Of a DNA stretch of 64,000 bases, positions 1 through 9,812 are shown piece after piece. This DNA is from a bacterium. Its GTDB lineage: Bacteria > UBA8248. Position 1 is the stretch's first letter; each line of letters starts with the position of its first letter. Under the pieces are notes generated by a model, which saw only the letters and a list, made by a program, of their open reading frames with translations, had not been told where the DNA came from and searched no databases. The translations under genes and the position numbers were made by a program. The stretch covers positions 3,680,001 through 3,744,000 of the forward strand of contig OZ242260.1 of assembly GCA_965207065.1 (NCBI GenBank), read 5' to 3'.

Positions 1-148
1 GGCGTAATGTCTCTTCCCTCCCCGCTTAGTCCTATACACAGAATTACGAAATCAAGACTTTCGGACAATATGGTTTGCGCTCTTTGCTGATTGTTATTAC
101 GATCTGTCGTGTCCGACAAAAAAGACGGAAGGAAAGGAAAGAGAAATA

Positions 149-457
149 ATGGCGAGAAAGCGAAAGAATAAGGCACCGATGGAGGCGGAAGACCGCACCC
201 TGACCAAGAAGATGCTGGAGGCAATGCGTCCCGCCTCGGAAGTCGTGCCAGAGATCGTCGCGGCCCACGCACGGGGAGAACTGGCGGGCAACGCGCCGCG
301 CCGATTCCGCGGCCCCCAGAAAAAGCCCACCAAGGTTCAGACCACCATTCGCCTCGATGAGGACGTGGTGGCACACTTCAAAGAAGGCGGCAAGGGGTGG
401 CAGTCCCGCATTAACACCGCCCTGCGCGAAACCGCGTTCGGCAACAACGCGGATTAA
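149..457 (+). CDS. BrnA-family antitoxin (ribbon-helix-helix C-terminus)
   Basis: C-terminal KPTKVQTTIRLDEDVVAHFKEGGKGWQSRINTALR matches the BrnA antitoxin pattern; purine-rich RBS upstream. Confidence 0.85.
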   Translation: MARKRKNKAPMEAEDRTLTKKMLEAMRPASEVVPEIVAAHARGELAGNAPRRFRGPQKKPTKVQTTIRLDEDVVAHFKEGGKGWQSRINTALRETAFGNNAD

Positions 458-472
458 CTTCAGCCGACCCCC

Positions 473-1522
473 CTACCCCCCGATCTCCTCACGCACGATA
501 GCGGCTCCCTCCGCCATGGACTTGAGCTTGCCGAAGGCGACGTCGCGGGCCATGTATTTCATCCCGCAGTCGGGCGCCAGGATGAGCCGCTCGGGCGATA
601 TGTGCTCGAGCGCCGCCCGGATGCGCGCGGCCACGGTTTCGGGCGTTTCGATCTCGGGGTCGTCGTTGTCGATGACGCCCAGGATGATGGTCTTGTCCGG
701 CAGCTTCTCCAACACGGCGAGGTCGATGCCCGGCTGGGCCGCCTCGATGGATATCTGGTCGATGTCGCTCTCGTTGAGTTCCGGGAGGAAGGAATATGCG
801 TCGGGCTTGCCGAGTCCCTGCCAGGCGTGGATGGCCGCGTAGCCGAAACACATGTGGAGAGCCGTGGTTCCTTCCACGCCCTTTAACGCCTCGCCGAGCA
901 CTTCCAGGGCGAATTCCCTGGCAATCTCCGCGCGCGCCTGCATATAGGGCTCGTCTAACTGCACCACGTCGGCGCCTGCGGCGAACATATCCTTCACCTC
1001 CTCGTTCACAGCGCGGGCGTAGTCGAGCGCCATCGCGCGCTGATCGCCTCCGTAGTAGTCATCCTGCGCCTGCTGCGTCATGGTGAAGGGGCCCGGCAGC
1101 GTGATCTTGATTTGCCGGTCCGTATTGGCGCGCAGAAACTCCACGTCGCTCACCTCGATAGGCCTTGCGCGGTGGATCTTGCCTATCACGCGGGGGACGG
1201 GATTGTCCCGGCCCGAGCGGTCTTTCGCATAGCCGTGGTTCTCGGTATCGATGCCGCCCAGGGCCGTGGAGACGCGGTTCGAATAGCTCTCGCGGCGTGC
1301 CTCGCCGTCTGAGATGATGTCGATTCCCGCTCGCTCCATGTCGCGAATCGCGAGGAGGGTGGCGTCATCCTGCGCGGCTTCCAGGAACTCGGGCGGTATG
1401 CGCCACAATTCCTGCACGCGCACGCGCGGAGGAAGGCGCGTGTTGAGATTCTCGCGGTCGATGAGCCAGTCCGGCTGTGTGTAGCTGCCCACGACGGTGG
1501 TGGGCAGGAGCTTCTCAGGCAT
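473..1522 (-). CDS. Cobalamin-independent methionine synthase-like protein, catalytic (C-terminal) domain only
   Basis: TTVVGSY, DIISDGE, VVQLDEP, Zn ligands LHMCFG and APDCG; 349 aa, lacks the N-terminal half of full-length MetE. Confidence 0.85.
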   Translation of the reverse strand: MPEKLLPTTVVGSYTQPDWLIDRENLNTRLPPRVRVQELWRIPPEFLEAAQDDATLLAIRDMERAGIDIISDGEARRESYSNRVSTALGGIDTENHGYAKDRSGRDNPVPRVIGKIHRARPIEVSDVEFLRANTDRQIKITLPGPFTMTQQAQDDYYGGDQRAMALDYARAVNEEVKDMFAAGADVVQLDEPYMQARAEIAREFALEVLGEALKGVEGTTALHMCFGYAAIHAWQGLGKPDAYSFLPELNESDIDQISIEAAQPGIDLAVLEKLPDKTIILGVIDNDDPEIETPETVAARIRAALEHISPERLILAPDCGMKYMARDVAFGKLKSMAEGAAIVREEIGG

Positions 1523-1609
1523 GGATTTCTCTCCTCATGTCGCCGAAGCCGAAACCGGCTCCACGCGTCTCAAGCGCCGCTGAGCGGCGATGCTATCCTC
1601 TCGAAAAAT

Positions 1610-2680
1610 CTAGGGCGTCAGCATTACGCGCATCACGCCGTCTTCTCGCGCCTTGAACATGCGCATCGCCTCGTTGAACTCATCGAGCGCGAACGAGTGC
1701 GTGAGCATTTTGTCGGTGGCGATGTGGCCGTCGGCGATGATCTGGATGGCCCTCGGGTAGCAGTTGGGCGAGCCGCGCCCGCCGAATATGGCGATCTCAT
1801 CGAGCACGATGCGGTCGGTGTTGAGAGATACCTCCTGGCCACCGTTGATCCCTTCCAGCACCACGCGCCCGCCGCGCCGCGCCATGTCCACCGCCTGGCG
1901 CATCACCTCGGGCGGGCCTGCGCACTCGATGACGAGGTCCACCCCGCGGCCGTCGGTCTCGTTCATCACGACCTCGACGGGGTCTTCCTTCGTGATGTCG
2001 ATGGTGCGGTCGGCGCCCAGTTCCTCAGCGATCCCCAGCCGGTAGCCGCGTCCGGTGATGAAGGTCTTGGAAGCGCCCATCATCTTCACGAGTTGGAGCA
2101 CGGCGAGGCCCAGCAGGCCGGGACCCAGGATCGCTACGGTGTCGGCCGGCTCCACGCCCCCGCGCTCCAGGGCGTGGAGCGCGATGACTACCTGGTTCAC
2201 GATCACCGCGTCCTCCCACTTCATGGATTCGGGCATCTTGTGGAGGTTGTTCGCCGGAGCCAGGCCGTATTCGCTGAACGCGCCGTTCGCCGTATGGCCC
2301 AGCAGCTTGTAGCCGCCGTCTGGCTTCGCGGCGTTCTCGCAGATGTGGTAGTCGCCCCGGATGCAGGTGGCGCAAGCGCCGCAGCCGACCGTCGGCTCCA
2401 TGATGACGCGGTCGCCAATCTGCAAGTCGGTCTTCGCGCTGCTTCCGATGGCGGCCACCTCCCCGGCCCACTCGTGGCCCTGGATGAAGGGATAAAAGGG
2501 CGGCCACATCGGGCGCATGTGCCCCTCGTAGATATGGATGTCCGTGCCGCAGATGCCGCAGGCGGCGACCTTCACCAGCACATGGTCGGGTTCGTAATCG
2601 GGAACAGGAATCTGCTCGATGCGCACCTCGTGCGCGTCATGTGTGACGGCGGCCTTCATGGTTTCTGGAATATTGCTCAT
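1610..2680 (-). CDS. Zn-dependent alcohol dehydrogenase (MDR; threonine/sorbitol dehydrogenase-like)
   Basis: CGICGTD, GHE, structural-Zn CGACATC...C, GPGLLG. Confidence 0.9.
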   Translation of the reverse strand: MSNIPETMKAAVTHDAHEVRIEQIPVPDYEPDHVLVKVAACGICGTDIHIYEGHMRPMWPPFYPFIQGHEWAGEVAAIGSSAKTDLQIGDRVIMEPTVGCGACATCIRGDYHICENAAKPDGGYKLLGHTANGAFSEYGLAPANNLHKMPESMKWEDAVIVNQVVIALHALERGGVEPADTVAILGPGLLGLAVLQLVKMMGASKTFITGRGYRLGIAEELGADRTIDITKEDPVEVVMNETDGRGVDLVIECAGPPEVMRQAVDMARRGGRVVLEGINGGQEVSLNTDRIVLDEIAIFGGRGSPNCYPRAIQIIADGHIATDKMLTHSFALDEFNEAMRMFKAREDGVMRVMLTP

Positions 2681-2722
2681 CTCACTCCCCTCCTTCGCTT
2701 AGAAGGATATCGATTATGACAA

Positions 2723-3367
2723 TCAGCCCTTGGGGCTGAACTGCGTCGTTTTCCTGTCGGGTCGCTGCATGTCGAAAACGTCGTGCGAGCGGCAGTATCC
2801 GTTCCCCGCGAGCCTGCCCACGGGCCGGAGCAGCACGGGGTCGATGTATTTCCCCTCCTCGATCATCACGTCCTCGCGCACGTGCCAGCGCACCACCTCG
2901 CCGATGATGACGTTCGTCAGGTGCTCGCGCCCGTTCGTGATGAGGTGGCGGAACTGGCACTCCATGGCCACCGGGGCCTCGGCGATGCGCGGGGCCTTCA
3001 CGAGATCGGAATCGAGCGGCGTCAAGCCCGCTTCCTCGAACTCGCTCACCTCGAAGGGATAGTCGTCCGCGCAGATGTTCATCTGCTCCTCGAGGCCGTC
3101 CACCACCGTGTGGATGACGTAGCCCTGCGTCTCCATGATGTTGCGCGCCGTGTCCTTGTAGGAACTTTCGCGCACGCCTACCGATATCGAGAGGAGCGGC
3201 GGGTCGTGGCCCACGCAGGTGAAGAAGCTGAAGGGCGCCAGGTTCGCGTGGCCGTCCGCGCTGATTGTGCTCACCCAGGCGATGGGCCTCGGCACGACGG
3301 AGCCGACGAGCAGGCGGTAGTTCTGCCGCCAGTGGTTATCGGCGGGATTGATGGTTTTATAGTTCAT
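2723..3367 (-). CDS. Flavin reductase-like FMN-binding protein (DIM6/NTAB family)
   Basis: VVPRPIAWVST, NLAPFSFF, KDTARNI, PVGRLAG. Confidence 0.9.
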   Translation of the reverse strand: MNYKTINPADNHWRQNYRLLVGSVVPRPIAWVSTISADGHANLAPFSFFTCVGHDPPLLSISVGVRESSYKDTARNIMETQGYVIHTVVDGLEEQMNICADDYPFEVSEFEEAGLTPLDSDLVKAPRIAEAPVAMECQFRHLITNGREHLTNVIIGEVVRWHVREDVMIEEGKYIDPVLLRPVGRLAGNGYCRSHDVFDMQRPDRKTTQFSPKG

Positions 3368-3451
3368 GCGTTTTCATACTCCTGTAGTTGTAAACCGATG
3401 AGCACGCCCTTTCGCGAAGTCGATGGCGAACGCATTGATGGCCATAAAAAA

Positions 3452-4267
3452 TCACTGCCCCGAATCCGCCGACGCCATCGCAGATTCCATCGCCGTGAAG
3501 CACGCTCCCTGCGGGTCCATGATTCCGCCGATCCTCCCCACGTCGGGAACATCGATAGGGGGGAAAGTGCCCTGCCCGCCCAGGCTGATTGCCTTTTCGA
3601 GCGCGGTGTCGAAATTTTCCACCTGAAAATATACCCCCCAGTGCGGGGGCATCTCGCCCATCTCGGGCTTGAGTTCGATCATCCCGGCGCGCGGCTCCTC
3701 GCCGCTCATGAACACCGTGTAGTCCCCGCCCGAGGGGTCTGGCATCACTGTGCTCGTCCAGCCGAACAGATCACGGTAGAAAGCACCGGCGCGTTCTACG
3801 TCTTTCGTGAGCAGTTCGTTCCAGTTGAGCGCACCCGGCTCATTCATGATATCCGCGCCCTTGTGCGCCTTCGGCTGCCATAGGCACAGGAACGCCTCCC
3901 CCGGGTCGCGAATCATCGCCATGCGGCCCACGTCGAACACGTCGCACGGCTCCTGGGCAGCCTGACCGCCGAGTTCCACCGCCTTCTTCACAGTCTCATC
4001 GGCGTTTTCCACCGACACGTAGCTCTGCCAGAAAGAGGGGTGGCCGCTCTCAAGCATTCCCGGAAACATCTCGAACATGGCGCAAACCTGTTTTCCGTCT
4101 TTCGAGAATATTGTGTAGACGGCTTCCTCCATCACGGGCCGATCCTCAAACGTCCAGCCGAACAGGGCCGTATAGAAATCCTTGGCGACGCCCACCTCCT
4201 TCGCCACCAGATCGGCCCAGCAAAAACTCCCCGGTGCGTATTTCCTTTCCTCGGACACGAATTTCAT
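3452..4267 (-). CDS. VOC/glyoxalase family protein, two domains
   Basis: PGSFCWADL...FYTALFGW and PGALNWNEL...FYRDLFGW repeats; start moved to ATG 4267 after a GGAGG RBS. Confidence 0.85.
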   Translation of the reverse strand: MKFVSEERKYAPGSFCWADLVAKEVGVAKDFYTALFGWTFEDRPVMEEAVYTIFSKDGKQVCAMFEMFPGMLESGHPSFWQSYVSVENADETVKKAVELGGQAAQEPCDVFDVGRMAMIRDPGEAFLCLWQPKAHKGADIMNEPGALNWNELLTKDVERAGAFYRDLFGWTSTVMPDPSGGDYTVFMSGEEPRAGMIELKPEMGEMPPHWGVYFQVENFDTALEKAISLGGQGTFPPIDVPDVGRIGGIMDPQGACFTAMESAMASADSGQ

Positions 4268-4430
4268 TCCTCCATGGATGACGGCGAATGACACGAAATG
4301 AATTCCCTGGATGATAACGGCAAATAATGATCGGGCATGAGGCCTTTCGCGATTGACCACTCAATACTGCTTCAGCCCTCTGGGAATCGGGCGAAAATCA
4401 TAGCGCGAAGGGGCGGCGGCGAACAAGCGC

Positions 4431-6566
4431 TCATGCGTCCTCGTCGTATTCATATCGCAGGCCGTCGGGCTCGTCGGGGTCGGCGAGACGAGAAGCAGGC
4501 GCCGGGGCCTCTTCATCCTGCGGGGTCTCTATCGCCTCCTCTTCCAGCAGCCAGCGCTCATACAGTTCTTCGGGCAGTTCTTCCACATATCTCGAAAGCC
4601 TGGAGAACGCACCCATCTTCCACGCCTCGCTCTCAAGCATGGGCTGGCACATGTAGAGTTCGTCCTTCGCCCGCGTGAGGGCGACGTAGAAAAGCCGCCG
4701 CTCCTCTTCTTCACCTCCGGGGTCCGCCAGCGAACGCGTCGAGGGAAAGCGGGTGTCGGTGAGCCAGAGGAGGAACACCACCTTCCACTCCAGCCCCTTC
4801 GCCTGATGAACCGAAGTCAGGATCATCGACTCGTCCGGCTCGTCTTGATCCCCTGGGGCCGCGGGTCCCGCGGCGGCGGCCGTTCCCATGAGCGCGAGTT
4901 CCGAGAGGAACGCCGTCGCCTCATCGTATTGCACCGCGTATTCCGCGAGTTGGCGCACGTCCTCGATGCGCGCTTCGGCATCTTCAAAGGTGTTCTCGAC
5001 ATATTCCTGATAGAACCGATCCAGCACGAGGTTTATCATCTCCGTCGGCGGGAGGGCGGATTGCTCAACGCCCTTAACCGCGCGCGGCGCGCCCGTCAGA
5101 TCGACGACCAGCTTGCTGAAAACATCAAAACCCTTGCGCGCGTTCCCGGGGACGGAACCCACTTCGCCGCTCGCGAGAAAAGAGAAGGGCTCCTCATATA
5201 TTTTCACCTGCTCCCACACCCGGTGCGCCGTCACGTCCCCCACGCCGGGCAGGAGCTTGAGCGCGCGCTTCCAGGCCAATTCGTCCGCAGGGGAACTCAC
5301 GAGCCTTAAGAACGCCGTGACGTCCTTGATGTGGCGCTGCTCGAAAAAGCGCAGCCCGCTCCTGATCTCGAAGGGAATGCCCCGGCGCGTGAGCTCCATC
5401 TGAAGCTCCATCGAGTGGTAGTGCGCCCGGTAGAGCACCGCGATCTGGGAGAGCGGCACGTCCTCCTCATCGCGCAGCGCCAGCGTGCGGTCGACCACGA
5501 AGTCGGCCTGCTGCATGGCGTCGCGTGCGGCCACGAGGGCGGGCTTCATCCCCTCCCCGCGCGTGGTTTTGAGGTTTTTCTCGAACTGGCGCTTGTTGTG
5601 GGCGATGGAGGCGTTGGCCAACTCGAGAATTGAGGCCGTGCTCCTGTAGTTTTCCTCCAGGTGGAATAGCCTGGCGTCCGGGTATCGCTCGGGAAACGTG
5701 ATGATGTTCTCGAAATGTGCGCCCCGGAAGCTGTAGATGCTCTGCGCGTCATCCCCCACCACGGTGACGTTTTTCTGCTCTCCGGCGAGGAGGTCCACCA
5801 GGTCGGCCTGCACCTTGTTCGTGTCCTGGTATTCATCCACGAGGATGTAGCGAAAGCGCGCCTGGAGTTCTTTGCGCACCTCCTCGTGTTCTGCGAGCAG
5901 GTTCCGCGTGAGAGAGAGCAGTCCCGAGAAATCCACCGCCTGAATCTCTTTCTTGCGCGTCTCGTAATGGCTGGCGATTTGCTCTATCTCGCCCAGGCGG
6001 TCCGCCAGGTATGAATACCGGTTCAGCAACGTCTCCGCCACGCTGCGGTCGGTATCGGCGGCGAGGGCGAATATCGCTTCCAGCACGCGGCCTCTCGGGA
6101 AATACTTCTCCTTCGGGTCGAACCCCGCGAGGCGGATGCACTCGGTCACCAGATCGGCTGCGTCTTCTCTGTCCAGGATGGTGAAGTTCGGCTCATAACC
6201 CATGAGGCTCCCGTAGCGCCTCAGTATCAGATTCCCCACGTGGTGGAACGTGCCGCCCCACACGCGCCGCGCGTCGGTCTGGATGAGGGAGGCGGCCCGG
6301 TGGAGCATCTCGCGCGCCGCCTTGTTCGTAAAAGTGACGAGGAGGATGGATTCGGGCGCGACGCCGTCTTCCACGAGGCGCGCGAGGCGGTAGGTGATGG
6401 TGTGCGTCTTGCCGCTGCCCGCGCCCGCGATGACGAGAAGCGGGCCCCCGCCCGCCATCACCACTTCCAGTTGCTGGGGGTTGAGCTTTTCCTCATACGC
6501 CTTGCGCCGCGCGGGCGAAGGCGCGGGCCGCTTCAGCGTATAGGTCCTGTGCTCTCTCGCACTCAT
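4431..6566 (-). CDS. UvrD/PcrA-family ATP-dependent DNA helicase
   Basis: AGAGSGKT, TFTNKAA, VDEYQDTN, VGDDAQSIYSFRGA, HQAKGLEW, EERRLFYVALTRA. Confidence 0.95.
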   Translation of the reverse strand: MSAREHRTYTLKRPAPSPARRKAYEEKLNPQQLEVVMAGGGPLLVIAGAGSGKTHTITYRLARLVEDGVAPESILLVTFTNKAAREMLHRAASLIQTDARRVWGGTFHHVGNLILRRYGSLMGYEPNFTILDREDAADLVTECIRLAGFDPKEKYFPRGRVLEAIFALAADTDRSVAETLLNRYSYLADRLGEIEQIASHYETRKKEIQAVDFSGLLSLTRNLLAEHEEVRKELQARFRYILVDEYQDTNKVQADLVDLLAGEQKNVTVVGDDAQSIYSFRGAHFENIITFPERYPDARLFHLEENYRSTASILELANASIAHNKRQFEKNLKTTRGEGMKPALVAARDAMQQADFVVDRTLALRDEEDVPLSQIAVLYRAHYHSMELQMELTRRGIPFEIRSGLRFFEQRHIKDVTAFLRLVSSPADELAWKRALKLLPGVGDVTAHRVWEQVKIYEEPFSFLASGEVGSVPGNARKGFDVFSKLVVDLTGAPRAVKGVEQSALPPTEMINLVLDRFYQEYVENTFEDAEARIEDVRQLAEYAVQYDEATAFLSELALMGTAAAAGPAAPGDQDEPDESMILTSVHQAKGLEWKVVFLLWLTDTRFPSTRSLADPGGEEEERRLFYVALTRAKDELYMCQPMLESEAWKMGAFSRLSRYVEELPEELYERWLLEEEAIETPQDEEAPAPASRLADPDEPDGLRYEYDEDA

Positions 6567-6753
6567 TTTAATATTCTCTGGTGTGGGTCAAACTTGCAGC
6601 CCTTGTCCAAACAACGCGCAGATGAAGCGCCCCCGTCATTCCAGCACCTTAACGCTTCTCGGCGAAACGGCCCAACTGCCCATTCGGTTGACAGGCGAAC
6701 GCCCCCGAAGCTAAGGTGAATCCATACACGAAATCACAGGCCGGAGCGTTCAG

Positions 6754-6945
6754 ATGGGCGGATACCAGACATTCCTCGACGGGGTGGCCCTGGGCTTTTT
6801 CCTGGGATTCATCGCCTTTTATCTGCTGTACCGCTACATGGCGTCCAAGCGGAAAAAACCGAAAACCGAGGTCGACCACCTCGTCGACGATATTCAGGAC
6901 TACTACCGGAACGTCTCCGACCCCGAAGGCAAGGACTACGACTGA
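6754..6945 (+). CDS. Small single-pass membrane protein, unknown function
   Basis: 63 aa: hydrophobic segment, basic cluster KRKKPK, acidic tail; GGAG RBS; fills the gap between flanking genes. Confidence 0.65.
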   Translation: MGGYQTFLDGVALGFFLGFIAFYLLYRYMASKRKKPKTEVDHLVDDIQDYYRNVSDPEGKDYD

Positions 6946-6972
6946 GCCGCGGGTTCACCTCGCAACCCATCC

Positions 6973-7629
6973 TCAGATATAAGGCTGATACGGGTTCCGC
7001 TCCGAGACGGGCGCGTCCTGTAAGTGCGCCAGGGAGTTCATCGTCACGACGCTCCAGCCCCGCTCGGGCGTATGCTCGATGATGTTCATCGCCGCGTTGT
7101 GCTGACGTATGCGCCTGAAGCCGTTGAGCTCCACGCCCAGAATCCGGCACAGGATCATGATGATCGCCAGATTGTGGCTCACCGCGGCGATGACCTCGTT
7201 TTCATGCGCAGCGAGGAAACGCTCCATCGTGGCCCAGGCCCGCTCCTGCAACTCCGCGAGCGTCTCGCCGCCCGGCATGCGCGCGCGAGCGGGCTGGTTC
7301 CACCATACGTGCATGAAATCGGGGTGCGTCTCGGGAAGTCTGCGAAAGGGCTCTCCCTCGAGTTCGCCCTGGTTCAGTTCGGCGATGCCCGCTTCCTCGT
7401 GCAGGGGCGCATCGAGGGCTTGCGCGACAATCTCGGCGGTGCGCCTCGCGCGCATCAGCGGACTCGCATAGACGCGAACGATCGGGCGTTCGCGCAGCGC
7501 GCATGCGAGCGCTTCGGCCTGTGCGACGCCCACGTCGTTGAGCGCGGTGTCAGAGACGCCCTGTATGCGCTGTTCGACGTTCCAGTCCGTCTCACCGTGT
7601 CGCAAGAGATAGAGAAGCAAAGCTGTCAA
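6973..7629 (-). CDS. Histidine phosphatase family protein (phosphoglycerate mutase/CobC-like)
   Basis: RHGETDWN, SPLMRARRTA, GGETL, VSH. Confidence 0.9.
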   Translation of the reverse strand: MTALLLYLLRHGETDWNVEQRIQGVSDTALNDVGVAQAEALACALRERPIVRVYASPLMRARRTAEIVAQALDAPLHEEAGIAELNQGELEGEPFRRLPETHPDFMHVWWNQPARARMPGGETLAELQERAWATMERFLAAHENEVIAAVSHNLAIIMILCRILGVELNGFRRIRQHNAAMNIIEHTPERGWSVVTMNSLAHLQDAPVSERNPYQPYI

Positions 7630-7664
7630 ACTCCGGTGGGGGCGACGCCCGGGCGAGCCTCGCC

Positions 7665-8228
7665 TTAGTTGTTGTCCTCTTTCAGAAAGTCATCGGGCTT
7701 GAGGTCCTTGAGCCATTCCTTGATGTCTTCGGGCTCCTCCTCCATCGGCTTTTCCGAGTCGGGGGGATTGTCTTCTCCTCCGCGCACCTCCATGCCGGAA
7801 ACGCCCTCTTTCACTTCCTCTTCGTTGAACTGGATGCTCTTCGCCTCCTCGAGCACCTTCTCCTCCACGAAAATCGGGCTTTCCATGCGCAGGGCCACGG
7901 CGATGGCGTCTGAGGGTCTCGAGTCGACGACGATTTCCGAGCTGTTCACGGAAAGATGTATTTCGGCGAAAAATGTATTGTCCCGCAGATCGTTGATGAG
8001 GATTTTATCCACCTTGCCCTTCAAGTCGTTGATCATGTTCTTGATCAGATCGTGGGTCATCGGACGCGGCGTCTCGAAGCTCTCGATCTCGCGCGCGATG
8101 GCGTGCGCCTCGAAAATGCCTACCCATATGGGCAGCGCTCGATCTCCCTCGGTCTCGCGAAGCACCACAATCGGAACATTGGTGTGCGGATCGAGCGTGA
8201 GGCCCTTGACTTTCATCTCGATCATCAT
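7665..8228 (-). CDS. Bifunctional nuclease family protein (DUF151)
   Basis: LPIWVGIFEA, PRPMTHDL, DSRPSDAIAVA; overlaps the miaB stop. Confidence 0.9.
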   Translation of the reverse strand: MMIEMKVKGLTLDPHTNVPIVVLRETEGDRALPIWVGIFEAHAIAREIESFETPRPMTHDLIKNMINDLKGKVDKILINDLRDNTFFAEIHLSVNSSEIVVDSRPSDAIAVALRMESPIFVEEKVLEEAKSIQFNEEEVKEGVSGMEVRGGEDNPPDSEKPMEEEPEDIKEWLKDLKPDDFLKEDNN

Positions 8229-9619
8229 GCGTCTTCCTCCATCGCCACTGCGCTTGGCGGCGAGACTCCGGCCAGAGAGTGAATACCGCCCCTCATGATT
8301 TTCACCTCGACCACATCCCCAGGCTCCGGTGTATAACCCTCCGCGTATAATTGTACCCTGTGATTGCCTCGACTGCGACCCGCATACCAGTTCGAATCCG
8401 TTTCATCGGCAAAATTCACGCACCCCGCGCATCCTGCGGGCGCGCTCTTGGGCTTCACGGCTCCCTCCACCATCACCTCCTGAACGCCGCCGACGAGTTC
8501 CGCATGCAGATTCTCCGTCATCTCGCGCTGCACCCGGCTCGCCTCCTCGAAGCGTTCTGTGAGCACTTCATCGGGAAGGGTGTCCGTCATGTCGAACGCG
8601 GGCGTTCCGGGCCGGGGGGAGTATTTGAACATGTAAATGTTGTCGTAGCGCGCCTCGCGCAAAATGCGGAGCGTACCCTCGAAATCCTCGTCCCTTTCGC
8701 CGGGGAAGCCGATGATGACGTCAGAAGTCAACACCCCGTTCTTTACTCGCTCCCTGAAGAGGGAAACCTTTTCGAGATACTCTTCCGCCGAATAGCCGCG
8801 CTCCATGCGCGCGAGCACCGCGTCCGCCCCCGATTGAACCGGAAGATGAAGATGCTCACACACTTTTGAGGATTCCCCCATTGCGTCGACCATATCCTCA
8901 TCACAATCATTTGGATGCGACGTCATGAAGCGGATGCGCGCGAGCCCGTCCACCTTGTTCAGGCGCCTGAGCAGTCCACCGAAGGAAAGCTCATCCGGTG
9001 ATTTGAGACCGTAGGAGTTCACGTTCTGGCCAAGGAGCGTGACCTCCCGGAAACCCTCCTCTACCGCACGCTCTACTTCTTCCACGATAAGTTCGCTCGG
9101 CTTGCTCCACTCGGGACCGCGCGTATAGGGCACGACGCAGAAGGTGCAGAAATTATCGCATCCGCGCGCAATGCTCACGAAAGCGTTCAGCCCGCCTCCG
9201 CGCACCATCGGAGCGAGTTCTGTGAAATCAGGCGCAATGGGCTCGGTATCGACCACCCGGCGCTCCTCCATCTCCTCGAGCAGCATCGGGAGCTTGGCGA
9301 TGTTCTGGGTGCCGAATACGAGGTCGACCGCTTTGCCGCGCTTCGCAATCGCCTCCCCGTCGCGCGTGGCGAAACAGCCGCACACACCGACTTTGAGGGC
9401 GGGATTCGTTTTCTTGAGCTTGTCGAGGCGCCCGATCTGGCTATAAACCTTCTGCTCCGCCTTGTCGCGTATCGAGCAGGTGTTCAGCAGTATGAGGTCG
9501 GCCGCCTCGTTAGATTCGGTCTCCTCATACCCTTCAGCTTCCAGATATCCGGTAATCGTCTCCGTATCGTAGCGGTTCATCTGGCAGCCGTATGTGAATA
9601 TCTTGAACTTCTTGCTCAA
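8225..9619 (-). CDS. miaB: tRNA-2-methylthio-N6-dimethylallyladenosine synthase
   Basis: TYGCQMN, NTCSIRDKAE, radical SAM GCDNFCTFCVVPYTRG, LLGQNVNSY, C-terminal TRAM domain. Confidence 0.95.
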   Translation of the reverse strand: MSKKFKIFTYGCQMNRYDTETITGYLEAEGYEETESNEAADLILLNTCSIRDKAEQKVYSQIGRLDKLKKTNPALKVGVCGCFATRDGEAIAKRGKAVDLVFGTQNIAKLPMLLEEMEERRVVDTEPIAPDFTELAPMVRGGGLNAFVSIARGCDNFCTFCVVPYTRGPEWSKPSELIVEEVERAVEEGFREVTLLGQNVNSYGLKSPDELSFGGLLRRLNKVDGLARIRFMTSHPNDCDEDMVDAMGESSKVCEHLHLPVQSGADAVLARMERGYSAEEYLEKVSLFRERVKNGVLTSDVIIGFPGERDEDFEGTLRILREARYDNIYMFKYSPRPGTPAFDMTDTLPDEVLTERFEEASRVQREMTENLHAELVGGVQEVMVEGAVKPKSAPAGCAGCVNFADETDSNWYAGRSRGNHRVQLYAEGYTPEPGDVVEVKIMRGGIHSLAGVSPPSAVAMEEDA

Positions 9620-9699
9620 AACACACTCTCCATTATCCGCCCGGCCATCGACGCTACGAAACTCCTGGGCGGCGCGGGTTGCGGGAAATCATTGGGGCC

Positions 9700-9728
9700 A
9701 TATTGCGAGGGCGCGTTTTCGATGTCAA
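9700..9728 (-). promoter_or_regulatory. Putative sigma70 promoter for miaB operon
   Basis: TTGACA-N17-CAATAT on the minus strand. Confidence 0.5.
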
Positions 9729-9812
9729 CTTGAATGATGGAAAAGAACCTTCGATTTTGTTAAAGCTGTCGAGGGTTTGCAATTATTTCTCCTGCAGAGC
9801 GGGATGAATGCC

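Noticed and set aside
1523..1609. Cobalamin or SAM riboswitch upstream of the MetE-like gene
   Set aside because: The gap is too short and lacks B12-box or SAM-I consensus
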